Source: a bacterium (lineage in GTDB: Bacteria > SAR324 > XYD2-FULL-50-16 > G965216635). Taken from it: a DNA stretch of 64,000 nucleotides. Below are positions 30,290 through 40,829 of this stretch, piece after piece. Each line of letters starts with the position of its first letter. The first letter of the stretch is position 1. The position numbers and the translations under genes are program-made. The notes beneath the pieces were generated by a model. The model did not search any database. It was not told the DNA's origin and worked only from the letters and a program-made list of their open reading frames with translations. The DNA is taken from NCBI GenBank assembly GCA_965216635.1, contig OZ244188.1, forward strand, positions 1,408,001 to 1,472,000, written 5' to 3'.

Positions 30290-31627
30290 ATGTCTACTAG
30301 AATTTTCTTATTGTTACTGTTGTTGACTTTTTATGCCTGTACTCGTTCTGATAGAATACAATACGAAGCTGTACAATCTGTCGGCACGGTGGAGAGTTAT
30401 CAACAATTTTTACGCAACAACCCTAAAAGCCGTTTTGCAGACGAGGTGCAAGATAAGTTATACACACTTGCTTATAGAAAAACAGCAGAAATAAATACTG
30501 CTCAGGCTTATGATGATTATATTAGAAAATACCCAGAAAGCCCTCACCTAGAAGAGTTAATAAAGAAAAAGGAAGATTCTTTAATATCTGCGGTCTTTAA
30601 AGAAGTACAAGCAGAAAATACTTTGCAGGGCTATATTAATTTTGTCACCAAATATCCCGAACACGATCTTGCTAAAAAAGCCACAAAAAGTATTCTCAAT
30701 AAACAAATTCAACTAAATGTAACGGATTCGGGAAGTACAAATAAACCTGCAAAATTATCGGAGTTACTTTTAGAGGATCTTGCGAAAATGACTCCAAAAC
30801 AAATTGCCGAGTTAATAAAAAATATACAGCAAAAGGAACCTAAAGCAGCTACGAATCGTATTCCTGTTGCACGGTCACCTAGCGCGCAAGTTGGTGAATT
30901 GACCGCTCAAGCACCATTATTCTCTCCATCGCAATCAGGTTTTGTAGAAGAACCTACTACAGTGAGTCCAGACAAACAGAACGCACCTTTTTTAAGAAAG
31001 GCAGATTTACAAGAAACATCGCCTCAAATTCAAGCTAAAGCTCAAATTTCAGGTACAGAACCTCAAATTCAAGCTAAAGCTCAAATTTCAGGTACAGAAC
31101 CTCAAATTCAAGCTAAAGCTCAAATTTCAGGTACAGAAGCTCAAATTTCAGGTACAGAACCTCAAATTTCAGGTACAACTTCTCCAGAGCAGCATAGTGA
31201 TTTGATAGATGACACTCCTATTAGTTTTCGTTCTTCTAACACTCCCGATAAAGTGCTATACGGTAAGGCATTTGTGTCTTCGCGTGCTCCGAGGGTGATT
31301 CATAAAGAATTTTCTTTTTTTATCAAAGCTTTGCAGAAAACCTCTCAATATGTAAAAATTAAGGCTAGTTTTCATAATCTCAATGAATCAGAAAAAGAAT
31401 TTTTCTTTTCTCGTATCAATCTAGTCAATAGTCAAGGCAGAAGGGTAAAACCAGTTTCTGTAAAAGGAGGAGGTTGGAAGGTGTCGGGTAGCGGAGTTAA
31501 GAGTAAAGCTTTTGGAAATGAGAGATCAGAATTTATAATTTTATTTCCTTCTTTAAATCTCTTTAGAAATAATAACTATAAACTTTATGTGACGGTCAAT
31601 GATAAAAATTATCTCATCCAAATATAA
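30290..31627 (+). CDS. Putative lipoprotein with helical repeats and a tandem-repeat linker
   Basis: Lipobox-like FYAC; Y..F/Y...YP repeats; 39-bp and 21-bp repeats at 31022-31177. Confidence 0.7.
   Translation: MSTRIFLLLLLLTFYACTRSDRIQYEAVQSVGTVESYQQFLRNNPKSRFADEVQDKLYTLAYRKTAEINTAQAYDDYIRKYPESPHLEELIKKKEDSLISAVFKEVQAENTLQGYINFVTKYPEHDLAKKATKSILNKQIQLNVTDSGSTNKPAKLSELLLEDLAKMTPKQIAELIKNIQQKEPKAATNRIPVARSPSAQVGELTAQAPLFSPSQSGFVEEPTTVSPDKQNAPFLRKADLQETSPQIQAKAQISGTEPQIQAKAQISGTEPQIQAKAQISGTEAQISGTEPQISGTTSPEQHSDLIDDTPISFRSSNTPDKVLYGKAFVSSRAPRVIHKEFSFFIKALQKTSQYVKIKASFHNLNESEKEFFFSRINLVNSQGRRVKPVSVKGGGWKVSGSGVKSKAFGNERSEFIILFPSLNLFRNNNYKLYVTVNDKNYLIQI
31022..31177 (+). repeat. Coding VNTR: 3x39 bp + 2x21 bp (QIQAKAQISGTEP)
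   Basis: Direct reading. Confidence 0.95.
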
Positions 31628-31639
31628 GTCACGGATAAT

Positions 31640-32368
31640 ATGAAAGAAGAAAATAGCTTACAAAAAGCAATAGATTTGTGTCAGAAAGGAGAAAACTACT
31701 CTAAGAAAAATTCTTGCTCCATAGCACTACAATATTTTGATAAAGCAGAACCTATCTTACAAGCTCTTCAGAGCTTTGAATGGCTTGCTTTTTTAAAACA
31801 CCAAAAATTTTTTTGTTTTCTAGCCTTAGAAAAAATGGAGGAAGCGCAAAGCAGTGCTCAAACAGCCATTGAAATGTATAAAAAAACAGGTAACGAGGAA
31901 AGTCTAATCTCTATCCTCATCAACTTTATAGATTTTTGGAACAAAAAAGATAATTTTCAACAGGCTCTTTTTTACGCTAAACTCACAGAAGCCATTGTAG
32001 AAAATAAAAACTATTCCTCCTCTGGCTTGCTTTATCAAAAGATTGCTCAACTCTACAAGAAACAAATGTTTTCTACAAAAAGCATTCGGTACTACACAAA
32101 AGCCATAGAAAAGTTTGCCACTCTAGATGATAATAACAAAGCTTTTTGTCTGTACGAACAAGCACTTGTTTTTAAAAATATTTTCCAATTTTCGCAAGCC
32201 TTAGATTGTTTGCGAAGTTCGTCAAAAATTTTTATAACCTTAAATAATATTTCCTACGCTCTCAAATCATTAGAGCAGATAAGAAAAATACTTTTATCAC
32301 AGGGTGAGGTCAATAAAGCTAGAGAAATAGAAAATCAAATTGTTCGTTTGGGACAGAAAAACCTTTAA
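31640..32368 (+). CDS. Tetratricopeptide-repeat-like protein
   Basis: Repeated A..Y..KA helical pattern. Confidence 0.7.
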   Translation: MKEENSLQKAIDLCQKGENYSKKNSCSIALQYFDKAEPILQALQSFEWLAFLKHQKFFCFLALEKMEEAQSSAQTAIEMYKKTGNEESLISILINFIDFWNKKDNFQQALFYAKLTEAIVENKNYSSSGLLYQKIAQLYKKQMFSTKSIRYYTKAIEKFATLDDNNKAFCLYEQALVFKNIFQFSQALDCLRSSSKIFITLNNISYALKSLEQIRKILLSQGEVNKAREIENQIVRLGQKNL

Positions 32369-32375
32369 ACCGATT

Positions 32376-33161
32376 TTATTTTTTGGAATCTAGCTCATAC
32401 CTTTCTACTACTTCTTTCATCAAGTTGATATAGGCAGTGGCTGCAGCTGAGTGCATTTGATAAGAAAAGATAGGTTTCTTGAGTGCATTGGCTTCCACGA
32501 TAGCATTATCAAAAGGAATAATCGTTTGAAACACAGAACTTCCTAAAGTCTCGTATATCTGTTCACAGACCCTGCGGTGAACCAAATTATTTTCTTTAAA
32601 CATTGTGAACAACAGTCCCGCTAACTTTAATTCTTTATTTTTGATTTGGAGTTGCAAAGATTGAAAATAGGTCAAAAAACGAGAAAGAGAATCTACTGCC
32701 AGTTTTTCGCATTGCAATGGGAGAATAATATAATCAGAAGCATAAAGCACATTGATTACCAGACTATTTGTAGAAGCTGGAGCGTCTAGAATTACAAAAT
32801 CATAGTTTCTCACTTTATTTTTCAGAGAACGTGTAAGGACGTCGTACTTATTACAAATTTGAAAAATAGCTTTTTCCTCAGAAGGATGGCGGATATTGGC
32901 ACAAATTACATCTAGGTTGTTTTGTTCTCTCAATTTAGAAATCAATCTCTCTACGGGTAGATTGGTTTTCGTCAATAATTCCTTTGTTCCCATTTCTTTA
33001 GTGTCTTGGATGCCCAAACTGGTTCTTACAGAGCCTTGGGAATCAAAATCTATCAGAAGCACTTTATAGCCTCCAATAGCAAAAGCGTAAGCTAAATTGA
33101 CAGCACTGACGGACTTGCCTACTCCTCCTTTTTGGCTTGCTAAGGAAATAATTTTTGTCAT
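32376..33161 (-). CDS. ParA/Soj family ATPase
   Basis: SQKGGVGKS, DFDSQGS, PLQCE; no parB adjacent. Confidence 0.92.
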   Translation of the reverse strand: MTKIISLASQKGGVGKSVSAVNLAYAFAIGGYKVLLIDFDSQGSVRTSLGIQDTKEMGTKELLTKTNLPVERLISKLREQNNLDVICANIRHPSEEKAIFQICNKYDVLTRSLKNKVRNYDFVILDAPASTNSLVINVLYASDYIILPLQCEKLAVDSLSRFLTYFQSLQLQIKNKELKLAGLLFTMFKENNLVHRRVCEQIYETLGSSVFQTIIPFDNAIVEANALKKPIFSYQMHSAAATAYINLMKEVVERYELDSKK

Positions 33162-33222
33162 TTTCTTTTTAAAAAATTAACAGAAAAGAAATAGTTAAAG
33201 ATTTTTTGAGGAAAAACTAATT

Positions 33223-33402
33223 GAGACCTTTGCATTAGTGCTATGCTTACCCCACTATTGAGGCTAGCCAAATGGTTAGAAAAGTGCAAAAAAAAAATTT
33301 AGCTCGCAGCAATATCGTAGTGCCATAATAATAGGAGCAGGGACACTACAAAACTTGCGGTATGTGTTCTAAATAAGGTAAAAACGCTAATACAAAGGTC
33401 TC
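33223..33402. mobile_element. MITE-like element variant
   Basis: gagacctttgcattag ... ctaatacaaaggtctc; abuts the stop codon of the DMT gene. Confidence 0.82.
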
Positions 33403-34283
33403 TAATTAAAAATAAAAAAACAACCTATAATCGCTAGCACTGCTCCCAACCAAGCGTTGATATTGGGCATCTTTTTATCTATTAACCATAGCATAGGGAG
33501 AATAATAATGGGAGCAGTCGCTGCTAAAGTTGCTACAATTCCTGTGTTGCCACCGACTAAAGCGAAAACTAAAAGAGTCATTCCAACTACCATAGCCACA
33601 AAGCCGTTCAAAACTATTTGTACTAATAACCTAAAATTAAGCTTTTTCCAAGATTTAAAACGAGAACTCACTCTCACAAGGATTAAAGCTAAAGTTGCTA
33701 TTCCTATACGCAAAGTGGAAACTAAAATAGGATCCCCATCTCCTGTTTGAAATATTGGTTTAAGCAGCAATACGCCTACTGCTTGACACAAGGCAGCAGC
33801 TAAACCTAGTCCTACAAACTGCAAAGTTTTATGCAAAGGAATTCTGGCGTCTGCGGTTTCGTATCGGCTAGAAATGGCTATAAAAACTCCAAAACAAATG
33901 AGAATAGAGCCCAGCAAAGATTTCCAACTCCAAATTTCACTATAAAAGAAAAATCCTAAAATAGCTGTGAAAGGAGCGTGAAAAGAAAAAAGTAGCTGAG
34001 TCCTGCGAGGACCCAAACGACGGAGGCAAGCAAATAAAAAACTATCACCAAAAAAAATTCCAATTAGTCCCGATAAAACAATTAAATCTATTTGTTGAAA
34101 ACTAAAATTATGAAATTTACCGCTAAAAAAACAAAGAAGGGCTAAAATAGAGAAACTGAAAACCATCCTAATGCGGATAAAGGCAAATTCCCCAATTTCT
34201 TTCACGGGATAACGAGCCAGCATAGAAGCGCTAGCCCAACAAAAAGCTGCCCCCAAAGCAGCAAGGTAGTAGATGGAGGTCAT
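33402..34283 (-). CDS. DMT/EamA family transporter
   Basis: About 10 hydrophobic helices, SGLIGIFFGD..LF....RLGPRR. Confidence 0.88.
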   Translation of the reverse strand: MTSIYYLAALGAAFCWASASMLARYPVKEIGEFAFIRIRMVFSFSILALLCFFSGKFHNFSFQQIDLIVLSGLIGIFFGDSFLFACLRRLGPRRTQLLFSFHAPFTAILGFFFYSEIWSWKSLLGSILICFGVFIAISSRYETADARIPLHKTLQFVGLGLAAALCQAVGVLLLKPIFQTGDGDPILVSTLRIGIATLALILVRVSSRFKSWKKLNFRLLVQIVLNGFVAMVVGMTLLVFALVGGNTGIVATLAATAPIIILPMLWLIDKKMPNINAWLGAVLAIIGCFFIFN

Positions 34284-34349
34284 TTAGTGATCAATTTCTC
34301 CTTTAAAAAGTTTATATTTGAGTGAGATTGTTTTTCTATAACCCTTAGC

Positions 34350-35123
34350 TCAATCTCTAAATACACCATAAAATTCTATCTGATTCATTAAATATTTTAT
34401 TTCAAGTGGTTTTGCCCAGTTTCTATGAATCATTCTATGACAATTAGAGCAAATAGGGGTTAAATTTTTAATAGCTTGTTCTAAAGTTTTTTGAATATCT
34501 GTATCTTTATATTGGAATACTGGTTTCTTATGATGAATTTCAATAAATCCTTTACCAATTTTTTTCCCATAAAATTTTTCAAAATCAAATAAGCAACACT
34601 GACAAGAAATACGGTTGTTTTTTGTAAAAAAATTAATAGCGTAGTTTCTTAATTTTGTAGATCTTTCATATATTTCTCTTTGTGTGATTTTTTTTATTCC
34701 TTCTTGGATTACTATATTTTCATCAAAAGTTAGTTTCTTTCTTTCGCTATTTTTTTCTATATCTCTCAAATTTTTTTTAATATCTGAATATTGAAAATCA
34801 TTTGTAAGTAGATAACTTAAAATTTCTTTATTATTTTCTAAATACTTGGTTCCTTTAGGAGTAATTGACACCTTACCCTCTTTTTGAGCATCATATTTTG
34901 CATAACCTAATTGCTCAAAAGTATTATGTGCTTTTAAGTTTCTTACTTTTTGAGAAAATTTATCATCCTGTCTCCCAGCTAATATAGCTAAATCTTCTCC
35001 ATCTGGGTTCATTATTGAGCGTATTTTTTTAATCAACTGTGTAGTGGTTATTGAACCACCATTGCATTGCATTAAATATAGGGCTGGTAAAACTAATTCA
35101 ATCTCGGATATTCTATCTAACAT
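34350..35123 (-). CDS. HNH endonuclease with N-terminal winged-helix-like domain (putative restriction enzyme)
   Basis: CQCC..F...YG...GFIEIHH..NL.PICSNCHRMIH; overlaps the methyltransferase gene. Confidence 0.85.
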   Translation of the reverse strand: MLDRISEIELVLPALYLMQCNGGSITTTQLIKKIRSIMNPDGEDLAILAGRQDDKFSQKVRNLKAHNTFEQLGYAKYDAQKEGKVSITPKGTKYLENNKEILSYLLTNDFQYSDIKKNLRDIEKNSERKKLTFDENIVIQEGIKKITQREIYERSTKLRNYAINFFTKNNRISCQCCLFDFEKFYGKKIGKGFIEIHHKKPVFQYKDTDIQKTLEQAIKNLTPICSNCHRMIHRNWAKPLEIKYLMNQIEFYGVFRD

Positions 35124-36261
35124 GTTGGTTTCTATAATTTTTACGATGTTCGTCTATCAAAGCTAATTTTCCTTGATTCTCAGAATACCAAAACATCCAA
35201 CCGTTACAACTTTTTTCATCTTTTATGATTGCTCCTATTTTATGGATTGAGCCTTGACCTATTCCATTTTTTATATTGCCATCTGCTAAAATAACTGCGG
35301 AATCTTTTTTATTTTTTGTATAAATAGTCTGATTTTCTTGTATGTAATTAGCCTTTAATAATTGCTCCATACTTACACGAGTAACCTGTTTTTTTTCTGG
35401 TTCTGTGATTCTTAAATGCTGAAAATTTTCTGTTTTTATGGATAAGAGTCTTTTTTCTGCAATTTTCACATAGTTAGTTTCCTTTTCTATACCAATACTT
35501 TTTCTATGGAGTTTTTTAGCTACAGCGCAGGTGGTACCACTACCTAAAAATGGATCTAATACCAAATCACCCTCATTACTACTAGATAAAATTATTCTTT
35601 TTAATAGCTCTTCTGGTTTTTGGGTAGAGTGAGCCTTTTTGCCGTTTTTATCTTTGATTCTTTCGTTTCCTGTGCAAAGTGGTATTTGCCAAACAGAAGT
35701 CATTTGCTTGCCCCCGTTTAACTGTTTCATTACTTGATGATTAAAAGTATATTTTTTCTGGGTTTCTGATTTTTTAGCCCAAATCAAAGTTTCTGTTGCA
35801 TTGGTAAATCTACACCCCCGAAAGTTTGGCATCGGGTTTGTTTTATACCACTGCACATCGTTTAAAATCCAAAAACCTAAATCCATCATAATTTTACCTA
35901 CTCTAAAAATATTGTGATAAGAGCCAATTACCCAAATGGTAGCATCTTCGCTCATAACTCTACGACAAACCGTAAGCCATTCTTTAGTAAATTTATCGTA
36001 TTCGCTAACCGATGAAAATTTATCCCAATGATCATCAACTCCATCTACTTTTGTTTGGTTGGGGCGATAAAGTTCTTGTTTGAGTTGTAAATTATAAGGG
36101 GGGTCGGCAAAGATAAGTTTTACTGTTTTTTCAGGCAGTTTTTTTAAAATATCAATACAGTCTCCGTTATAAATTCTATAATTAAAGCCAATAATGTCGT
36201 GCTTTGAAATGGTTATTTTTTTATCTCCTAGCATTTTATTTTTTCTAAATATTTGATACAC
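35113..36261 (-). CDS. Adenine DNA methyltransferase, CcrM/M.HinfI-like (beta class)
   Basis: FADPPYNLQL, NPMPNFRG.RFTNA.ETLIW, HSTQKPE, DPFLGSGTT, C-terminal SIHK.GA....SCNGW.FW; start may be 36234. Confidence 0.92.
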   Translation of the reverse strand: MYQIFRKNKMLGDKKITISKHDIIGFNYRIYNGDCIDILKKLPEKTVKLIFADPPYNLQLKQELYRPNQTKVDGVDDHWDKFSSVSEYDKFTKEWLTVCRRVMSEDATIWVIGSYHNIFRVGKIMMDLGFWILNDVQWYKTNPMPNFRGCRFTNATETLIWAKKSETQKKYTFNHQVMKQLNGGKQMTSVWQIPLCTGNERIKDKNGKKAHSTQKPEELLKRIILSSSNEGDLVLDPFLGSGTTCAVAKKLHRKSIGIEKETNYVKIAEKRLLSIKTENFQHLRITEPEKKQVTRVSMEQLLKANYIQENQTIYTKNKKDSAVILADGNIKNGIGQGSIHKIGAIIKDEKSCNGWMFWYSENQGKLALIDEHRKNYRNQHVR

Positions 36262-36558
36262 TTTTTTATGTTGATAATTTAGTAGTTATCTTATTATAGT
36301 ATTCATGGGTTTAATTTGTTATTGCTGATTATTTCTTAAATTTTTAACTCAAATTAAGCCTTTTTTAAAGACTTTTATAGCCTTTGATGAAATTCCAAAA
36401 AAAAAACAGTTATGTTCTGATGAGTGAAAGCGAAAAAAAGGAGCATGAAAGGAGTTTTAATTCTGTGGTTGTTAAAATTAGTCTAAAATAATTTTTTTCA
36501 AATTTTACCTGCTAAACCATAACATTTCTTTATTTTAAAAAAAGCTAAAATTCATAAA

Positions 36559-37245
36559 ATGGCTACCAAACAAACAATTTCTATATCAGGTCTTAATAAA
36601 TCATTTGGCTATCTTCAAGTTCTTGAAAATTTAAACCTTATTTTAGAATCAGGCAATTTTTATTTACTACAAGGTAGCAACGGGCAGGGTAAAAGCACTC
36701 TACTTAAAATTCTCGCTACTCTCTATACAGCTGATAGTGGAAAAATTAGATGGTGCGGTAAATCTATCCAAGATACTCGTGTAATGATTAGGCAAAACTA
36801 CCGCTCGCAACTCTTTTTATTACCACACGAGACTGGACTCTACGAAGAATTCACACCTTTAGAAAATCTTACTTTTTTTAGCTCACTCTACCAAAAAAAA
36901 ACAGAACAGAAAAAAATACTCTTTAAAAAAATCTTCCCAATTATCAAAGAATTAAAGCTGGAGTTGTTTTTAAATGTTCCAGTCAAAAATTTCAGTCAAG
37001 GAATGAAAAAAAAACTACTCCTTTGCTTAATGAATCTATTAAATCCCCAAATTATTCTTTTAGATGAACCTTATGCAGGACTAGACAGACAAGGAGTAGA
37101 ATATTTGAATAGCTCCCTTTCCGATTACTTGAAAAAAGGAGCTATTATTTTAGTGGTGTCTCATCAAAAAGAATCCTGTGGCAACCTCTCCAATAAATTT
37201 CTCCGACTGCACAAAGGGAAAATTATATCTCAAAATAAAAATTAG
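36559..37245 (+). CDS. ABC ATP-binding protein, CcmA-like
   Basis: GSNGQGKST, FSQGMKKK, LLDEPYAGLD. Confidence 0.8.
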   Translation: MATKQTISISGLNKSFGYLQVLENLNLILESGNFYLLQGSNGQGKSTLLKILATLYTADSGKIRWCGKSIQDTRVMIRQNYRSQLFLLPHETGLYEEFTPLENLTFFSSLYQKKTEQKKILFKKIFPIIKELKLELFLNVPVKNFSQGMKKKLLLCLMNLLNPQIILLDEPYAGLDRQGVEYLNSSLSDYLKKGAIILVVSHQKESCGNLSNKFLRLHKGKIISQNKN

Positions 37246-37313
37246 TAATTAATTCTAAATTATTTTTCCTTGACTATTTTGCTGCTAAGTTTTATCCTAT
37301 TATTTTATATTAA

Positions 37314-37487
37314 TATAGACCTCTGAATTTTTCAAAAGTCTATAAAATAAACTTTTGAATTTGCGTTCTGTTTAGCCTATACAGCGTTGAAAAAAATTTT
37401 TAACTCTTGAAATACTTCAGTATTCCTGCGAGCTAAAAATTTTTTTTGCCTTGCCTAGCCGTCACATAACGCAAATTCAAAAGTCTA
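37314..37487. mobile_element. Collapsed mini-element (37314-37344) followed by a short MITE-like element
   Basis: tatagacctctgaatttttcaaaagtctata, then acttttgaatttgcg ... cgcaaattcaaaagtcta. Confidence 0.85.
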
Positions 37488-37512
37488 TAAAATAAACTTC
37501 AAATTAAAAAAC

Positions 37513-37839
37513 ATGTTAGATTTAATTATAGGGACGCTTCACGCACTGCCACCTTCTGGAGGAGGCGGAGGCGATCAACCTTTTTGGGTGCAGCTTTTAC
37601 CTTTGGGTTTAATTGTTGTGGTTTTTTATTTTTTGTTGATTCGTCCTCAACAAAGAAAAGCTAAACAACAAAGAGCGTTGATTGCGTCTTTAAAGAAAGG
37701 AAATAAGGTGATACTTACTGCTGGGATTTATGGAACTATCAAAAACATCAGCAAGGATGGAACGGAAATCAGCTTAGAAATTGCAGATAAGACTGTCATT
37801 CGGGTGAAACGAGAATTTGTATCTAATAAAATCAATTAA
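37513..37839 (+). CDS. yajC: Preprotein translocase subunit YajC
   Basis: FYFLLIRPQQRK, LKKG.KV...AGIYG. Confidence 0.95.
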   Translation: MLDLIIGTLHALPPSGGGGGDQPFWVQLLPLGLIVVVFYFLLIRPQQRKAKQQRALIASLKKGNKVILTAGIYGTIKNISKDGTEISLEIADKTVIRVKREFVSNKIN

Positions 37840-37866
37840 GCATAGCTCATAGAGTTTTGTATTTTT

Positions 37867-39885
37867 ATGCAACTTCGCTATAAATTTGTAGTTATCCTAT
37901 TGCTTTTTTTGGCAATTGTTTATGCTAATTATCCCAATGTCTGGGAATTGATTCCTGGTTTGCGTCAAGACAATACTGTTTTTTACAAAGAAAAAGAAAA
38001 GAATATACGACTAGCTCTAAAAAGTTTGCACGAGCTACAGCTTTTTTTAGTAGAAAAAGAAAAAGGACGTATCCAAGCAATAGGAACTAATGCTTCTTTT
38101 TTGCAAAGTCTTACTAAGCAACATTTAATTGGTGGTTTTTTTGAGAATTTTACAATTAAAGAAGAGGAAGGAAAAACCTACCTTTATCCGACGGATAGTA
38201 AAAAAAGTATATCAGAACTAGCGGAGCAGTTCAACCGTTTATCTCTCAATTCCAAAAAAATTGATAGCGTAGAATACCAAGTAGAAAAACAGCAATTATT
38301 TTTTTCACTCCAAAACAATCGGCTGCTTACCCCTATTTCTGAACCTGTTAAAACCTTTTTAGCAGATGAACTAGATTGGGTTTATGATGCCGCTTTAGGA
38401 GGTTATAGTTCCCGAAAGAAGAAGTCTGATTTGCTGATTAGTTTAGGATTGGATTTGCAAGGAGGTATTTATCTAGATTTAAGTCTTAATACAGAGGAGC
38501 TTTTTGAGAACCTGCTTAAAAATCTACGCGAAGATTTAAACTCCTATTTTTCTGAGAATAGTATCTTTGTTTTAGGTATACAGATTGTAGACAATCGTAA
38601 TTTAGAAATCAGACTAGACCCATCTCAAGAAATAGATTGGCAAGGTGATAAGCTGAGTAGTTACCTAAATAATGTTAGTATCCAAGAACAAGGAGAAGGT
38701 GTTTTTTTGGCAACTTTAGGTGATGCAGAAGTCAGTAGAATTCAAAAAAGGACATTGGAACAGGTTATCAATACGCTCAATAATCGCATTGACCAGCTAG
38801 GAGTTAAAGAACCTTCTATTCAACAAAAAGGAGAGGATTCTGTGATTGTGCAGCTACCCGGACAAACGGATCCTGCGAGAGCAAGGAGGATTATTCAGCA
38901 AAGCGCTAAGCTGGAATTTCGTTTTGTTGTAGACAACTCTGACTCAGAAAATCCAGGAAATAATTTAGTATTAATTTCTGAGATAAAAGATGAAAAAACA
39001 GGAGAAATTTTAGGCACTAATCAGATTGTGGTAGAAGATAGAGTTGTGTTGGGTGGAGAGTTGATTCGGGAAGCAAGAGTATCTTTTTCACAGACTACTG
39101 GACTACCCTATGTGACTCTTGTTTTTAATTCTAAAGGAGCTAAGGTTTTTGGAGAAATTACAGCAAAAAACATTGGCCGTAGACTAGCTGTAATTTTAGA
39201 TAACAAGGTGCAATCTTCTCCTACAATTCAAGAAGCAATTTATGGAGGGAATGCTCAAATTACGGGCTCTTTTACAAATAAAGAAGCTTCAGATTTAGCT
39301 TTAGTTTTAAGGTCTGGTTCTTTACCAGCATCGCTCATTATCAATCAAGAAAGAACTGTGGGAGCCTCTTTGGGAGAAGATTCTGTACGTGATAGTATGC
39401 TAGCGTTAGTTTTTGGATTTTTACTTATTATTTTATTGATTTTAGGCTACTACCGTATTTCAGGAGCTTTTTGTATTGTAGCTTTAGTTTTTAATATTCT
39501 TTTTATTTTTGCCGCCCTCTCTTATTTTGAAGCAACCTTAACTCTACCAGGCATGGCGGGAATTATTTTGACTGTGGGTATGGCAGTGGATGCGAATATT
39601 CTTATTTTTGAAAGAATCAAAGAAGAATTAAAAAAAGCTCATAATCTACAAACAGCCATTCAAAGAGGTTTTGAACTTTCCCGATGGACGATTCTTGATG
39701 CCAATATTACTACTCTTCTAGCGGCTGGAATTTTGTTTTATTTTGGAACAGGACCTATCAAAGGATTTTCGATAACTCTTTCCATAGGTATTCTTGCTAG
39801 TTTATTTACCAGTCTTTTTGTAACTCGTTTTCTTTTTGAAGTTTTTTATTTAAGAAATTTTAAAGCAAAGAAAGTTTCTATCTAA
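37867..39885 (+). CDS. secD: Protein translocase subunit SecD
   Basis: LGLDLQGG, RIDQLGVKEP, LTLPGMAG, AVDANILIFERIKEE. Confidence 0.97.
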   Translation: MQLRYKFVVILLLFLAIVYANYPNVWELIPGLRQDNTVFYKEKEKNIRLALKSLHELQLFLVEKEKGRIQAIGTNASFLQSLTKQHLIGGFFENFTIKEEEGKTYLYPTDSKKSISELAEQFNRLSLNSKKIDSVEYQVEKQQLFFSLQNNRLLTPISEPVKTFLADELDWVYDAALGGYSSRKKKSDLLISLGLDLQGGIYLDLSLNTEELFENLLKNLREDLNSYFSENSIFVLGIQIVDNRNLEIRLDPSQEIDWQGDKLSSYLNNVSIQEQGEGVFLATLGDAEVSRIQKRTLEQVINTLNNRIDQLGVKEPSIQQKGEDSVIVQLPGQTDPARARRIIQQSAKLEFRFVVDNSDSENPGNNLVLISEIKDEKTGEILGTNQIVVEDRVVLGGELIREARVSFSQTTGLPYVTLVFNSKGAKVFGEITAKNIGRRLAVILDNKVQSSPTIQEAIYGGNAQITGSFTNKEASDLALVLRSGSLPASLIINQERTVGASLGEDSVRDSMLALVFGFLLIILLILGYYRISGAFCIVALVFNILFIFAALSYFEATLTLPGMAGIILTVGMAVDANILIFERIKEELKKAHNLQTAIQRGFELSRWTILDANITTLLAAGILFYFGTGPIKGFSITLSIGILASLFTSLFVTRFLFEVFYLRNFKAKKVSI

Positions 39886-39923
39886 TTCAACAGTTTCCTG
39901 ATTTTTTAAGAAAATTATACATT

Positions 39924-40829
39924 ATGCAAATATTTAGAGAAGAACCAAAAATTGATTTTATTAGATTTAGAGTACCTACAGCTATCTTTTCTGTGTTTAT
40001 TATTCTTTTGGGAATAGCAGGTTTTTTTTTAAAAGGTGTAAATTTAGGGATAGATTTTCAAGGTGGGATTAACGCTCAAATACAATTTTCAGAAGAAGTT
40101 AATATTCGTCAACTTAGGACTTTGCTTGCTCCTAAATTAGGTTCAGAGTTTTCTGTTACCTATTTTGGTAATAGAGCTAACAATGAATTTTTGGTATCTA
40201 TTTCCAGTGAAGGAGAAAAAAATTCTAAAAAATATGTTGGCAGTCTTATCAAAGATACTCTTATCAATAATTTTCCAACTGTAGAAGTTCGCAGAGTTGA
40301 ATTAGTAGGACCTAAAGTAGGCTCTGAATTGCGACAAAAAGCGCTGCTTGCCATTCTCTGGGCTGTGATAGGAATTCTGATTTATATTACTATCCGCTTT
40401 GAATTTACCTATGCAGTAGGTGCTATTTTGGCTATTTTCCACGATGTTCTGATAATTGTATCTATTTTTATTTTACTTGGCAAAGAATTCAATCTTATTA
40501 TTGTAGCGTCCTTACTTACCATTGTTGGTTATTCTTTAAACGATACTATTGTGATTTATGATCGTATCCGCGAGAAACAAAAGGAAGTAGAAAGAGATAT
40601 AAAAGATCTTATCAATCTGGGAGTCAATCAATGCTTGTCTAGAACAATTTTAACTTCAGTTAGTACTTTATTGGTTGTTCTTACTCTTTATCTATTCGGA
40701 GGACAAATTTTAAACGATTTTGCTTTAAGTATTATTATAGGTTTAATAACGGGAACCTATTCTTCTGTTTTTATTGCAGGTAGTACTATATTTTATTTTA
40801 GAAGGAAAAAACTTTCCAATGAAAAGTAG
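39924..40829 (+). CDS. secF: Protein translocase subunit SecF
   Basis: GIDFQGG, VGPKVG.EL, GYSLNDTIVIYDRIRE. Confidence 0.97.
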   Translation: MQIFREEPKIDFIRFRVPTAIFSVFIILLGIAGFFLKGVNLGIDFQGGINAQIQFSEEVNIRQLRTLLAPKLGSEFSVTYFGNRANNEFLVSISSEGEKNSKKYVGSLIKDTLINNFPTVEVRRVELVGPKVGSELRQKALLAILWAVIGILIYITIRFEFTYAVGAILAIFHDVLIIVSIFILLGKEFNLIIVASLLTIVGYSLNDTIVIYDRIREKQKEVERDIKDLINLGVNQCLSRTILTSVSTLLVVLTLYLFGGQILNDFALSIIIGLITGTYSSVFIAGSTIFYFRRKKLSNEK

